Origin: a virus
Taxonomy: Duplodnaviria > Caudoviricetes
Reading direction: 5' to 3' (one strand)
Length of the DNA: 63,208 nucleotides
Virus record (IMG/VR): IMGVR_UViG_3300017700_000880
Span: 1 to 63,208 of that record
Below, one piece after another: positions 48,301 to 56,410 of the stretch (the stretch's first letter is position 1; every line of letters starts with the position of its first letter). The position numbers and the translations under genes were made by a program. The notes beneath the pieces are model-generated. The model made no database searches, was not told the DNA's origin, and saw only the letters and a program-made list of their open reading frames with translations.

Positions 48301-49270
48301 CGGGCCGAGCGATAGTTTGCCCGTCATCATCGACACCACGTTGCCGGCGGCGACCGATGACCCCGGCGCGACGACCGCGTTGCTGTTTACCGGCGTGCAA
48401 AGCCGAGGGCAGCCGTGGTGGACCGGCGCGGCACTCAACATCCTCGACGGTGGCTGGAGCCAACTGTATTTCACCGACGAGCAAGTACCGTATGCGACTT
48501 GCACGCTGGCGCTTGCGCCGACCTTCGTACCGTTCCAGACCGACTCGGCGTCTTACGATATGCTCTCGGTCACCATGCCGGCCGGTACCATTGGCACCGT
48601 GTCCGCATCGCAGGACGACTTCCTTGCCGGCGTGAACGCCGCCTTCGTCGGCAATGTCGGCCGATGGGAGTTGATTTATTTCAAGGACATCACTTGGCAC
48701 AACGCCCGCGCCTTCACCATCACGGGGCTGTTGCGCGGCCGGCGTGGCACCGAGACGCACGTCAACTCGCATCAGGTCGGCGATTACTTCATCCCGTTCA
48801 ACCGCCCCAAGCTTCCGAAATACACGATGAGCGAGTCGCGCGTTGGCGAGGAATTTTCTTACGCTGCGGTCGGCAAGGGTACGACCAAGTCGGCGGTCGT
48901 GGTCGATGCACCGCTGGAGGGCAACAGCCTGAAGCCATGGGCACCGCACCACGTCAAGGCCGTGGAGAATGCCGGCGATATCGATATCACTTGGCTGCGC
49001 CGCAACCGCATCAACGAGAGCCCCTTGTTCGTGACGGACGATGTTCCCATGGAGGAATTCGTCGAAGCTTACGAGGTGGACATCGTTGAGGCTGGCGTTG
49101 TGGTGCGAACCTACACCGGTCTCAGCACCCCGGAGGCCACCTATACGGCCGCTCATCAAACGGCGGACGGCTGGACTTCGACGCCGATTCAACTTACTCT
49201 GCGCGTGTACCAAATCAGCGACACGATTGGGCGCGGCCTAACCAACGAGGTGACCGTCAATGTCGAATAA
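45371..49270 (+). CDS. Tail tip / host-specificity protein (GTA megatron-like)
   Basis: IPVSFG, RMWADG, GLLRGRRGTE, ITWLRRNR, EAYEVDI. Confidence 0.88.
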   Translation: MTVLDPITQAAIALQRRNEDGLSRPGAATIPVSFGRRVVQGFPIWVSQETAPATEPETVEGQLIHQRRAPPILAGATKATFAVALGYSLLPEEERVGTTIRRMWADGLLIYDATNPDGTPDFNGMTLSFHTGDSEAQPDAFIKSDMGEFTTGFRELIYVVLRDFPLQVGPTPVAPPPTTSAPVTTKSTATYALPSLSTPGTPGAFNGGLVDVGIGGWGFTYLTGPANIAYPVNGHGGVFLSWITDGQATAGIGGGYNSLTGKVTPYPFDLGGGQKIIGADGSYGASVETSRTVPGVVTQAPAPAPTYRTTLPTITVELSDLISITPIIAEHDPINANDPPDSLGVLADWDTDTAYAWTNRPSDDPQSFLLHTYSVSQKLELQRFAPANQYTVFPGTPDAVQYESARVHFDYLCAHDKLNKFAFTIPFSTVTPNSDSIICIDLETGKILSGYGLHTFDTTDVPGVSIAQRQRGDCVVSTSSFGKSYGVVSSSALGPIFGYTTYTTTGILSHGGEVELGAPGFLGGNHPSTVLAYPIVDRPDLVAQYGMSPLMTQNWFAFVAMGTGLWLAQGDPDEIFGATQVYTSPVNIIASFIDQTDFSVMLVEAVGGQYYLEKIRVNYTFSDAGVTPSFGGSVYHVPINTPVNGVHFETSFRESNYLDGRLVYPGMDDGDPFWFTYDMSTGQRISAVAWPHSGANAESFVYNSRTGNALVMGIGPEPVNTQVTSSDTETIPLNDLLRWLMLEAGYSTEQIDISGDLDDAVIGGVYTSRLGLWPYIRNLAVVYNFSFYESEGKIKFTRGTSGDTTLVSYTIDVDSLSQVQSGGDVSENLITTMASPVELATSVEISYVDPDYGYQPNSKVFSRSRFPYKDSRGGQMASYATYLVMDSGEALQRAARVAFSNYGQGIVQAMRLPWAFSRMEPSDSIALTIAGRNYLVNVTEVVLNMDWSLSVTGVDFNYRNDVAVSADQPLGLINQPAGPSDSLPVIIDTTLPAATDDPGATTALLFTGVQSRGQPWWTGAALNILDGGWSQLYFTDEQVPYATCTLALAPTFVPFQTDSASYDMLSVTMPAGTIGTVSASQDDFLAGVNAAFVGNVGRWELIYFKDITWHNARAFTITGLLRGRRGTETHVNSHQVGDYFIPFNRPKLPKYTMSESRVGEEFSYAAVGKGTTKSAVVVDAPLEGNSLKPWAPHHVKAVENAGDIDITWLRRNRINESPLFVTDDVPMEEFVEAYEVDIVEAGVVVRTYTGLSTPEATYTAAHQTADGWTSTPIQLTLRVYQISDTIGRGLTNEVTVNVE

Positions 49271-49988
49271 TCTCAACTTGGACCAGTTGGCGACGAACCA
49301 AGCCTCGCCGGAAGTCACCGTCAACGATGCGAACGCGCAACTCGACGCGGCCATCACCGAAATCCTCGACCTCGACCTTACGGCCGCCGATGCAACGGTG
49401 ACGCTGGCGCAATGGCGCGAGCATGTGCTGTTCCGCGTCATCGGTGCGGATGGCTCGGCGGTCGGTGACACCGTCAACCTCCCGCAGGGCAAGCGCGGTT
49501 TCGTTCTCATTCAAAGCGATGAGGCCAACGTCGACCCGGTCGACGTTGTGCGCGGCTCGGTGACCTACGTTATTCAGCCCGGCCATCTGTACCTCGCTTA
49601 TTGCGACGGCACGACCGATCAACTCATCATGCGCGACATCGGTGGCGCTGGCGAGCCGAACGACTTCCACATCTTCCTCCCCGGCTTGATGGCCGATGCG
49701 CAGGTGTGCATCCGTATGAACGTGACGCGAGCCTTCACGTTGCCCATCAACCTGACCGGCTCCATTGCCACCTCTGGCGTTGCGGCCACCGCGACCACGA
49801 CTATCACGCTGTATAAGAACGGCGTGAGCATCGGGACGCTGGTCTGGTCGGCCGCCGGCACGACCGCCGCCAAGACCTTCGCCTCCGCCGTATCCTTCGA
49901 CCCCGGCGACGTGTTTAGCATCGAAGGGCAAGCCACGGCTGACGTCACCGCCGCCGACATTGCCATCGACCTGTTCGGGACGCGCTAA
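49260..49988 (+). CDS. Tail fibre/adaptor (DUF2793-like N-terminus)
   Basis: NLNL..NQASPEVTVNDANAQLD. Confidence 0.7.
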   Translation: MSNNLNLDQLATNQASPEVTVNDANAQLDAAITEILDLDLTAADATVTLAQWREHVLFRVIGADGSAVGDTVNLPQGKRGFVLIQSDEANVDPVDVVRGSVTYVIQPGHLYLAYCDGTTDQLIMRDIGGAGEPNDFHIFLPGLMADAQVCIRMNVTRAFTLPINLTGSIATSGVAATATTTITLYKNGVSIGTLVWSAAGTTAAKTFASAVSFDPGDVFSIEGQATADVTAADIAIDLFGTR

Positions 49989-51041
49989 ATGACAACTCCC
50001 TTCGTCATGGTTGCGAACGGCGGGGCATCAGCCACGCAGCGCTCCGCCTATTCGCCGGACGGCTCAAGCTGGACGACGGCAACGATGCCGACCTTTTCGA
50101 ATGGCTCCGGTCAAACGTGGACCGATGTTGCGTTCTCGCCTCCGCTTGGTTTGTTCGTTGCCATCGGCTCCGGCGGTTCGAACAATAATAACGCGCTGGC
50201 CACGTCGCCGGACGGTATCACTTGGACCGGACGCTCCATCCCGCAGGCGAATACGTGGCGCTCGATTTGTTGGGCCGGCGGCACCATCAACCTCTTCGTC
50301 GCCGTTTCGGAAGACGGTACGAATCGCGTTATGACTTCGCCGGACGGCACCACTTGGACGGTGCAAACGGCTGCGAGCGCCTCCGCGTGGAAGTCGGTGG
50401 CGTACAGCGAAGACCTCGACATGCTGTGCGCGGTCGGTTCTTCGAACGTCATCATGACGTCGACCAACGCGACCTCGTGGACTTCGCAAACCGGCCCGGC
50501 TTCGAGCAAAAACTGGAACTCGGTCGTATGGGCAAGCGGAGCGATTCAAAAGTTTGTCGCCATCGCCTCGGGTGCCGGCGGTTCGAACGATGAAATGTAT
50601 TCCTCCAACGGCACATCGTGGACGCAGCAAACGGTCGGAGCGGGCCTCGGTTATTCGTGGGTGCATATTGCGTACAGCGTTGACCTCGACATGCTCCTCG
50701 TCGTTGGAGGCAACACTGGCGTCTATAACCGCTCGACCAACGCCACCTCGTGGACGGAAGTGACGAGCGGCGTTGGCAGCAATGCGTTCCAAGGCTCGGC
50801 GTGGTCCGAAGACCTTGCCCTGTGGTGTATGGTCGCCAACGGCTCGCTCTATACGTCGCCGGATGGTTCGACTTGGACGTCGCGCACGGTACCGAGCGGC
50901 TCGTGGAATAAAGTCGTGGCCGGCGTTACCACGACGACCCCGCTTCCCATCACCGCAACGAATCATGATACCGGCCTGTCCATGACGGTCTCCCTCGGGC
51001 AACCGCGCTCGAAACAGCCCGTCATCATTACAGTAAACTAG
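49989..51041 (+). CDS. Asp-box beta-propeller, probable receptor-binding protein
   Basis: Seven SxD/NxxxW repeats, e.g. SPDGITW, SPDGTTW, SSNGTSW. Confidence 0.8.
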   Translation: MTTPFVMVANGGASATQRSAYSPDGSSWTTATMPTFSNGSGQTWTDVAFSPPLGLFVAIGSGGSNNNNALATSPDGITWTGRSIPQANTWRSICWAGGTINLFVAVSEDGTNRVMTSPDGTTWTVQTAASASAWKSVAYSEDLDMLCAVGSSNVIMTSTNATSWTSQTGPASSKNWNSVVWASGAIQKFVAIASGAGGSNDEMYSSNGTSWTQQTVGAGLGYSWVHIAYSVDLDMLLVVGGNTGVYNRSTNATSWTEVTSGVGSNAFQGSAWSEDLALWCMVANGSLYTSPDGSTWTSRTVPSGSWNKVVAGVTTTTPLPITATNHDTGLSMTVSLGQPRSKQPVIITVN

Positions 51042-51043
51042 GC

Positions 51044-51072
51044 TTGCCGCGTATCCTGCGCTGTGCTAGAAC
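51044..51072 (+). promoter_or_regulatory. Sigma70-like promoter of the lysis cassette
   Basis: TTGCCG-N17-TAGAAC with TG extension. Confidence 0.55.
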
Positions 51073-51104
51073 GGGGCACACGCTCACCCGAGGGAGATTG
51101 AATC

Positions 51105-51956
51105 ATGGCCGCCTCCAGTTACGCGGAATTCCTCAAGCGCCTCATCTACAATTACGAGGGAACGAAATACACGGACGGCGTCACCCCTTATGACCCCGGC
51201 GGCCCGACTCGCTACGGTATCACGCTCGGCGTGGCGCGCCAGTATTGGAAGTCGAACGCCACCGCGCAGGACGTGAAGGACATGCCCATCGGCATCGCCA
51301 TCGGAATCTATAAGGCCAAGTATTGGGACGCTCTTTGGGGCGACAAGCTTCCGGTCGGTACCGATGGCGTGACCGTCGACTACGGCGTCAACAGCGGCAT
51401 CAGCCGCGCCGGCAAGGTGCTTCGCCGCGTGCTCGGTCTGTCCGACAAAAAGTGGCAGGTGGATGCCGAGGTGCTCGCCGCGCTGAGCAAGCGCGACCAG
51501 AAGAAGGTCATCGACGCCATCAGCGACGAGCGCCTGCGCTTCATGCAGGGCCTCAAGATTTGGCCGACTTACAAAAACGGATGGACGCGCCGCGTGAACG
51601 GCGAGCGCGCTCTGGCCAAGGCGATGGTCGACAAGATGCCGGCCGAGGCCGTGGTCATCGCCGCCGGCATGAATGAATTGCCGGCGCTGCCGAAGGCCAT
51701 GGTCCCCGAACCGAAGACCACAAAGAACGTGGTCAAGGGCTCCGTACCGGCCGCCGCCGCCGAAGAGGCAGCGCGTGACGGCGGCAATTGGTTCGACTGG
51801 ATTGTCGCGCACCCGCTGGAGTCCGCCGTTTGCGCGGCGCTCATCGTGGCGGCCGTGTTCGCCATCATCACACTCATCAACCGCCGCTGGCAGGCCAAGC
51901 AAGACGCGCCGACGCCGGGCATCACTGTGGTCCCCGAGTTGCCGGCCACCGCGTAA
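51105..51956 (+). CDS. Endolysin, glycoside hydrolase family 108, with C-terminal TM helix
   Basis: EG...DPGGPTRYGIT, YWD, D.GVNSG, GWTRRV. Confidence 0.88.
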   Translation: MAASSYAEFLKRLIYNYEGTKYTDGVTPYDPGGPTRYGITLGVARQYWKSNATAQDVKDMPIGIAIGIYKAKYWDALWGDKLPVGTDGVTVDYGVNSGISRAGKVLRRVLGLSDKKWQVDAEVLAALSKRDQKKVIDAISDERLRFMQGLKIWPTYKNGWTRRVNGERALAKAMVDKMPAEAVVIAAGMNELPALPKAMVPEPKTTKNVVKGSVPAAAAEEAARDGGNWFDWIVAHPLESAVCAALIVAAVFAIITLINRRWQAKQDAPTPGITVVPELPATA

Positions 51957-51966
51957 GGAGGATACC

Positions 51967-52491
51967 ATGTACCAGCTTTTGCTCCATGCCTTGCTGTGGT
52001 CGCTCATCGTTGGCACGACCGCCGGCTTCTATTGGTTCTGGATTCGACCCATCCTGCGCATCAACCCCTCGTTCAAGGAGTTTTACGAGGAGTCGGATAC
52101 GCGCATCGAAGCCTTGCGCCGCAAATTCGCCGGCCTCAAGCAAAAGCTGACCACGGCGTTCTTCTTCCTGATCGGCATCATCGTCAGCGGTTACGACTTC
52201 TTCCTCACGATGGCACAGGCGTCCGGCTACGGCCTGAACGACTTGAGCACGCTCACCGACAAGGTGCCGCCGGCCGCGTGGCCGCTCATCGGCATGGCGG
52301 TGCTCGCGCTGATTCAGTATCTGCGCAACTTGAACGACGCGCGGACCAATGCTGAAATCGTGGTCGCCGCCGCAACTGGCGAAGTGAAGGAGACCACCAT
52401 CGAAGCGGTGGCCGCCAAGTCGCCGGAAGTGCTGGCCGAGCAGGTCGGCATCATCACGCCGGTCAGCGCCGTCACCGGGGAGCGCGTGTAA
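51967..52491 (+). CDS. Membrane protein with three hydrophobic segments (holin/antiholin candidate)
   Basis: RBS AAGGAGG; lies in the lysis cassette. Confidence 0.6.
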   Translation: MYQLLLHALLWSLIVGTTAGFYWFWIRPILRINPSFKEFYEESDTRIEALRRKFAGLKQKLTTAFFFLIGIIVSGYDFFLTMAQASGYGLNDLSTLTDKVPPAAWPLIGMAVLALIQYLRNLNDARTNAEIVVAAATGEVKETTIEAVAAKSPEVLAEQVGIITPVSAVTGERV

Positions 52492-52922
52492 TGTGGAAAG
52501 TCCTCGGCGGATTCCTTACGGGCGGGCCTATCGGAGCGGTCGCCGGCTTTGTCGGCGACCTGCTCGCGCCCGTGAACGGCATCATCAAGTCGCTGGCCGA
52601 TGCGAAGGTGCAACTCAAAAACGCCGAGAACGATGAGCAGCGCATCTTCCAGCAAGAGCGCATCAATGCGCTGAACGCCAAGATGAACCTCCAGCTAGGC
52701 GAGGCCCCGTTCACGCGGCTGAACGCCATGACGCGCACGGCCGCCGCCGCCGGCCCCATCATTGTCCTGCTCAAGATTTTCGTTTGGGACAAGGCCCTCG
52801 GTCAGTGGACCGGCGGTTACACCGACCCGCTTGGCGAACAGCTTTGGCAGGTCATCATGGTCGTCCTCGGCTTCTATTTCGTGTCCGATATGGCGGCGCG
52901 CGTGTTCGGGAAAACCAAATGA
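52491..52922 (+). CDS. Holin (GTA 3TM-holin-like)
   Basis: TM segments; VWDK....TDPL...W...VLGFYF. Confidence 0.65.
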   Translation: MWKVLGGFLTGGPIGAVAGFVGDLLAPVNGIIKSLADAKVQLKNAENDEQRIFQQERINALNAKMNLQLGEAPFTRLNAMTRTAAAAGPIIVLLKIFVWDKALGQWTGGYTDPLGEQLWQVIMVVLGFYFVSDMAARVFGKTK

Positions 52923-53470
52923 CCGACTCCAACTATCGCTTGTCGGCGACTCGCTATTACGCCGACTTCGTCACCGTGCCGCTGGCCATCCTTGCCGCGT
53001 GCATCTTCGGCAACCAACTGGCGTCCGAGGCATTCGTGTCGTCCGTGATGGCCGGCGTGCTGACTTGGTCGCTGGCCGAATACTGGATTCACCGTTCCCT
53101 CTTCCACGGCGTGGAGCCGTTCAAGGCCGAGCACCGAGTGCACCACATCCGGCCGCCCGACTACATCGGCGCGTCCCCGTGGCTTACGGCGGCCGTGATA
53201 GCGGTCGGCGGCCCGGTCGCTTTCGCCTCCCTCGGGTCAACGGTCGGCGCGGGATTCTTCGCCGGTATCCTGACGGGCTATTTCGCTTACATCTTTGTGC
53301 ACGACCGATTCCATCATGCCCGAGGGCTTGGCCCTGTGCTGGCATGGCTCCATGCACGGCACGAGTACCATCACCGCCGCGAGCGGGTGAATTTCGGCGT
53401 GACAAGCCCGTTGTGGGACTTGGCCTTCGGCACCTATGCCCGGCCGCACGCGCTGGAAAGGCGTCGTTAA
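52919..53470 (+). CDS. Fatty-acid hydroxylase / sterol desaturase family protein
   Basis: EYWIHRSLFH, HRVHH, HDRFHH, HEYHH, NFGVTSPLWDLAFGT; TM helices. Confidence 0.92.
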   Translation: MTDSNYRLSATRYYADFVTVPLAILAACIFGNQLASEAFVSSVMAGVLTWSLAEYWIHRSLFHGVEPFKAEHRVHHIRPPDYIGASPWLTAAVIAVGGPVAFASLGSTVGAGFFAGILTGYFAYIFVHDRFHHARGLGPVLAWLHARHEYHHRRERVNFGVTSPLWDLAFGTYARPHALERRR

Positions 53471-53559
53471 CCATACGATCAGCCCGGCCACCCCGTTAAC
53501 GATTTGTTAAGACCTTGCCGGTACGTTGGCCCCATCGTAACCAGCCAAGGACGACCGCC
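53467..53559 (+). promoter_or_regulatory. CtrA-box promoter cassette 1
   Basis: TTAACCAT at 53467; TTAA-CGATTTG-TTAA at 53496-53510. Confidence 0.8.
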
Positions 53560-54036
53560 ATGTTGAGATTCCAGCTTACCCGCAGCCCCGCCGGCCACAT
53601 CACTCACGCCGTTGCCATTGACGAGACGGTGCCGTGGACGCGGGACCAGAACTTCGAAAACCGCAACGACTGGAAAACCTTCGAGGAAGCCGTGCGCGTT
53701 GCCATGGCGCTGAACGCGGCCGAGGCCGCCAAGGTGCCGGCCGAGCGCACCGTGTACATCCCGACCGATGCCGGCGCGCACGTTTCGCCGCGCTATGATG
53801 TGGAAGCCCTCCCCAAGGTCGGCGACGACGTGAGCTACGGCTTCAACGGCGACTCGTACCCGTGCGGCAAAATCACCTCCATCAGCAAAGGCCCCGACTA
53901 CCGCCGCATCGTTGCTAAGAACGACGCCGGCACCGAGTGCGTGTTCTGGCGCTTGCGGAAGACCGGTAGCTGGAAATATCAACAGACTTGGTCGCTGATG
54001 AAGGGCGTGCACAACGAGCGCAACCCCTCGTTTTAA
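53560..54036 (+). CDS. Hypothetical, probably early, protein
   Basis: Follows cassette 1; RBS AAGGA. Confidence 0.75.
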   Translation: MLRFQLTRSPAGHITHAVAIDETVPWTRDQNFENRNDWKTFEEAVRVAMALNAAEAAKVPAERTVYIPTDAGAHVSPRYDVEALPKVGDDVSYGFNGDSYPCGKITSISKGPDYRRIVAKNDAGTECVFWRLRKTGSWKYQQTWSLMKGVHNERNPSF

Positions 54037-54149
54037 CCCCCTGTTAACCATTGAACACAAGGCCCGGCCGGCGCGCCGGGCCTTAACCTTTTGTTAAGAC
54101 CTGCCCTGTACGTTGGCCATATCGAAACCAGCGCCACGGAGAACCGCAA
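54033..54149 (+). promoter_or_regulatory. CtrA-box promoter cassette 2 (two full boxes around a hairpin)
   Basis: TTAA-N7-TTAA at 54033 and 54083; inverted repeat 54059-54084. Confidence 0.85.
54078..54131 (+). repeat. 54-bp direct repeat copy 1
   Basis: Identical to 54846-54899. Confidence 0.9.
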
Positions 54150-54407
54150 ATGACCATCACCATCCTGAAACTCAGCCCCGGCCAGAAGATTGCCCGCCCC
54201 TTCAGCCGCGCCAGCACCATCGGCGAACTTGCCGAAATCATCGTAACCGGTGAGCCCTCCAAGGGCATGACCTACAAGGCCCGCGCCGCCTTCGGTGCAC
54301 AGGCCAACGACAAGCCGGAAGCGCACATCGTGGTTGCCGCCATCGACACCGAGGAACCGGTGTTCCAGTGGAAGGGCGACCGGTACTACGCCTTCACCGA
54401 AAACTAA
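54150..54407 (+). CDS. Hypothetical protein
   Basis: RBS GGAGA. Confidence 0.7.
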   Translation: MTITILKLSPGQKIARPFSRASTIGELAEIIVTGEPSKGMTYKARAAFGAQANDKPEAHIVVAAIDTEEPVFQWKGDRYYAFTEN

Positions 54408-54436
54408 ACCCCGCAACCAACGCCACGGAGAATCAC

Positions 54437-54814
54437 ATGACGAAGTTCACCCGCCCCGCCAAAGGCGATGCCGCCCGCCAAATAGTTTCCAGCGGCAAAC
54501 TCGGCGACATTGTTTGGGATGTGGTCGAGACCGGCCTCGGTGCCGGCGGCCAGTTCGCCGAGATTCGCGAGCACGGCACCGAATACAAGACTCAGTTTTG
54601 GCCGCTCGATATGCTGGCCAAGGACGCCGAGGTACAGGCCGCGAAGTACGTGCTCATCGAACGCCAGCCGGACGGCTGGACCGATGTGTACGGCCCCTTC
54701 ACCTCCCGCGCCGCCGCCAAGGCGCACGGCCAGTTCCGCTCGGACATGAACAAGGAAGACGGCCCCGGCTTCAAATACACCGTGTCGCAATTGACGGCCG
54801 TGGAAGGCCAGTAA
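54437..54814 (+). CDS. Hypothetical protein
   Basis: RBS GGAGA. Confidence 0.7.
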   Translation: MTKFTRPAKGDAARQIVSSGKLGDIVWDVVETGLGAGGQFAEIREHGTEYKTQFWPLDMLAKDAEVQAAKYVLIERQPDGWTDVYGPFTSRAAAKAHGQFRSDMNKEDGPGFKYTVSQLTAVEGQ

Positions 54815-54915
54815 CCGAAAATTAACCCTCGGGTCAACAGCCCGAGGGCCTTAACCTTTTGTTAAGACCTGCCCTGTACGTTGGCCATATCGAAACCAGT
54901 GCCCCGGAGAACGCC
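54811..54915 (+). promoter_or_regulatory. CtrA-box promoter cassette 3
   Basis: GTAA-N7-TTAAC at 54811, hairpin 54826-54848, TTAA-N7-TTAA at 54851. Confidence 0.85.
54846..54899 (+). repeat. 54-bp direct repeat copy 2
   Basis: Identical to 54078-54131. Confidence 0.9.
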
Positions 54916-55053
54916 ATGACCACCCGCCGCCGCATCCTCCTCGCTCAGTTGAACACCATGCTCCGCCTCGCCGGCCAAGCCGAAGTCGTGCGGTTCCATG
55001 GCTCGACTCAGAAGCTCAGCGCCCGCGTGACGCGCATGTGGAAGGCCCTGTAA
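54916..55053 (+). CDS. 45-aa basic hypothetical protein
   Basis: RBS GGAGA after cassette 3. Confidence 0.6.
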   Translation: MTTRRRILLAQLNTMLRLAGQAEVVRFHGSTQKLSARVTRMWKAL

Positions 55054-55054
55054 C

Positions 55055-55339
55055 ATGAACAACGCCATCAACGACGCCAAGCTGAACCGCGCCGGCCTCA
55101 AGTTGGACCGCAAGGCCGAAGAGTGGAAGGAAGTGACCAGCACCGTCCCCGCCGACCGCTTGCCGGCCGACCTTCCGGTGTACGATGCCGACGCCATGGG
55201 CATCCGCTGGCAAGTGATGAACGACTTCAAGCACGAGCCCGGCGCGCAATACTTCATCGTGACGGTCGGTGCCGACCGGTACCTCGTGAACACCGAGGGC
55301 TATAACTTCGCCAAGTACGTTGCCAAGGTGGTGTCATGA
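55055..55339 (+). CDS. Hypothetical protein
   Basis: Tiles the array; YLVNTEGYNFAKY. Confidence 0.7.
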   Translation: MNNAINDAKLNRAGLKLDRKAEEWKEVTSTVPADRLPADLPVYDADAMGIRWQVMNDFKHEPGAQYFIVTVGADRYLVNTEGYNFAKYVAKVVS

Positions 55340-55554
55340 GCACGCGCAAAATCGGCGATAAAGTTTTCGACATGCCGAGCCAAAAGGTTTGCACCATCAT
55401 CGACATCGACACGATGGAAGTGGAAGGCCACGCCGAAACCTACTTCCAAGTCGATGCGCCGGACAACGCCACAGGCGACGGGGCCTTCCCGAACGGCTGG
55501 CGCTGTGAGTTTGAAATTTGCGACCCCGACAAAACTTTGCCGCTTGAATACTAA
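55336..55554 (+). CDS. Hypothetical protein
   Basis: ATGA coupling. Confidence 0.65.
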   Translation: MSTRKIGDKVFDMPSQKVCTIIDIDTMEVEGHAETYFQVDAPDNATGDGAFPNGWRCEFEICDPDKTLPLEY

Positions 55555-55563
55555 CCCCGGAGA

Positions 55564-55914
55564 ATGACAATGCCCATCACTGAACGCAAGCTGACCCTCG
55601 ATATGCCGTTCCACCCTTACAGCGGCGCACCGCATCTCCGCCGCGTTGTTACCGACCGCGACCATGTGCCTTTTAATAAGCGCCGCCATCAGGTTGAATC
55701 ATCCGTTGCGCGCTTCACCGCCACGGCGATGCCGGGCGGCGATTGGGTGACGGTCGAGATGGAAGAAACGACCAAGTCGCACAGCGGCACCGTGCAAACC
55801 CGCACCATCAGCATGAGCATCCCGGCCGCGTTTGCCGACTCGATGGGCGACGTGCTCAAGGCGACGAAGATGGCCAGCTACGCCGAGCGCGTTGCCGGCG
55901 AGGTGAAGTCGTGA
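55564..55914 (+). CDS. Hypothetical protein
   Basis: RBS GGAG. Confidence 0.65.
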   Translation: MTMPITERKLTLDMPFHPYSGAPHLRRVVTDRDHVPFNKRRHQVESSVARFTATAMPGGDWVTVEMEETTKSHSGTVQTRTISMSIPAAFADSMGDVLKATKMASYAERVAGEVKS

Positions 55915-56132
55915 GAACGGCCGCCATGTACAAGGCCGGTGCGCGCATTGCCCGCACCGGTACAGGCGGACTCCCGCAAGTGCGGCGGTGGTGCATGGAC
56001 TCGCGCCTCCCCGCCCGACTCGTTGATACTGTGGTATCCGGCTGGCGCGCCGAACAGCGCCTCATCAAGCGGTACGGCCTTGACGCCCGTCTCGGCACCC
56101 GCCTTGGAGCAACTGAGGATAGACGCCGATGA
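55911..56132 (+). CDS. Hypothetical protein
   Basis: GTGA coupling. Confidence 0.5.
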   Translation: MRTAAMYKAGARIARTGTGGLPQVRRWCMDSRLPARLVDTVVSGWRAEQRLIKRYGLDARLGTRLGATEDRRR

Positions 56133-56410
56133 AACCCCTTGCCCTCGCCCTACTGACCGCCGCCCTCCTCGGGCAACCGGCCAGCGCCTTGACCATTACG
56201 CGCACTTGCACCGGGACGACCTGCACCCTGCAGGTTTTCCAGCTTGACGCCGGCCCGCGCATCATCCGCCGGGGTCAGCCCGAGGAGGGCGCGGCCGAGC
56301 GCGAGCGGAAGTGGCTGGAGTTTTGCAAGCCAACGTTCCGCACCGACGAACTTGGCGTCGAGCATTACGTGTACGCCGAGAAGGGTTGCCAGTACGGCCG
56401 GAGTCAGTAG
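56129..56410 (+). CDS. Secreted hypothetical protein
   Basis: Signal peptide ending PASA; 4 Cys. Confidence 0.65.
   Translation: MKPLALALLTAALLGQPASALTITRTCTGTTCTLQVFQLDAGPRIIRRGQPEEGAAERERKWLEFCKPTFRTDELGVEHYVYAEKGCQYGRSQ

Noticed and set aside
44516-49213. 1565-aa minus-strand ORF and other long antisense ORFs (e.g. 40307-42547, 37264-38463)
   Set aside because: Antisense shadows of real tail genes in GC-rich DNA; no motifs or RBS
53490-54900. CRISPR array
   Set aside because: The repeats are separated by whole genes of several hundred bp and there are no cas genes
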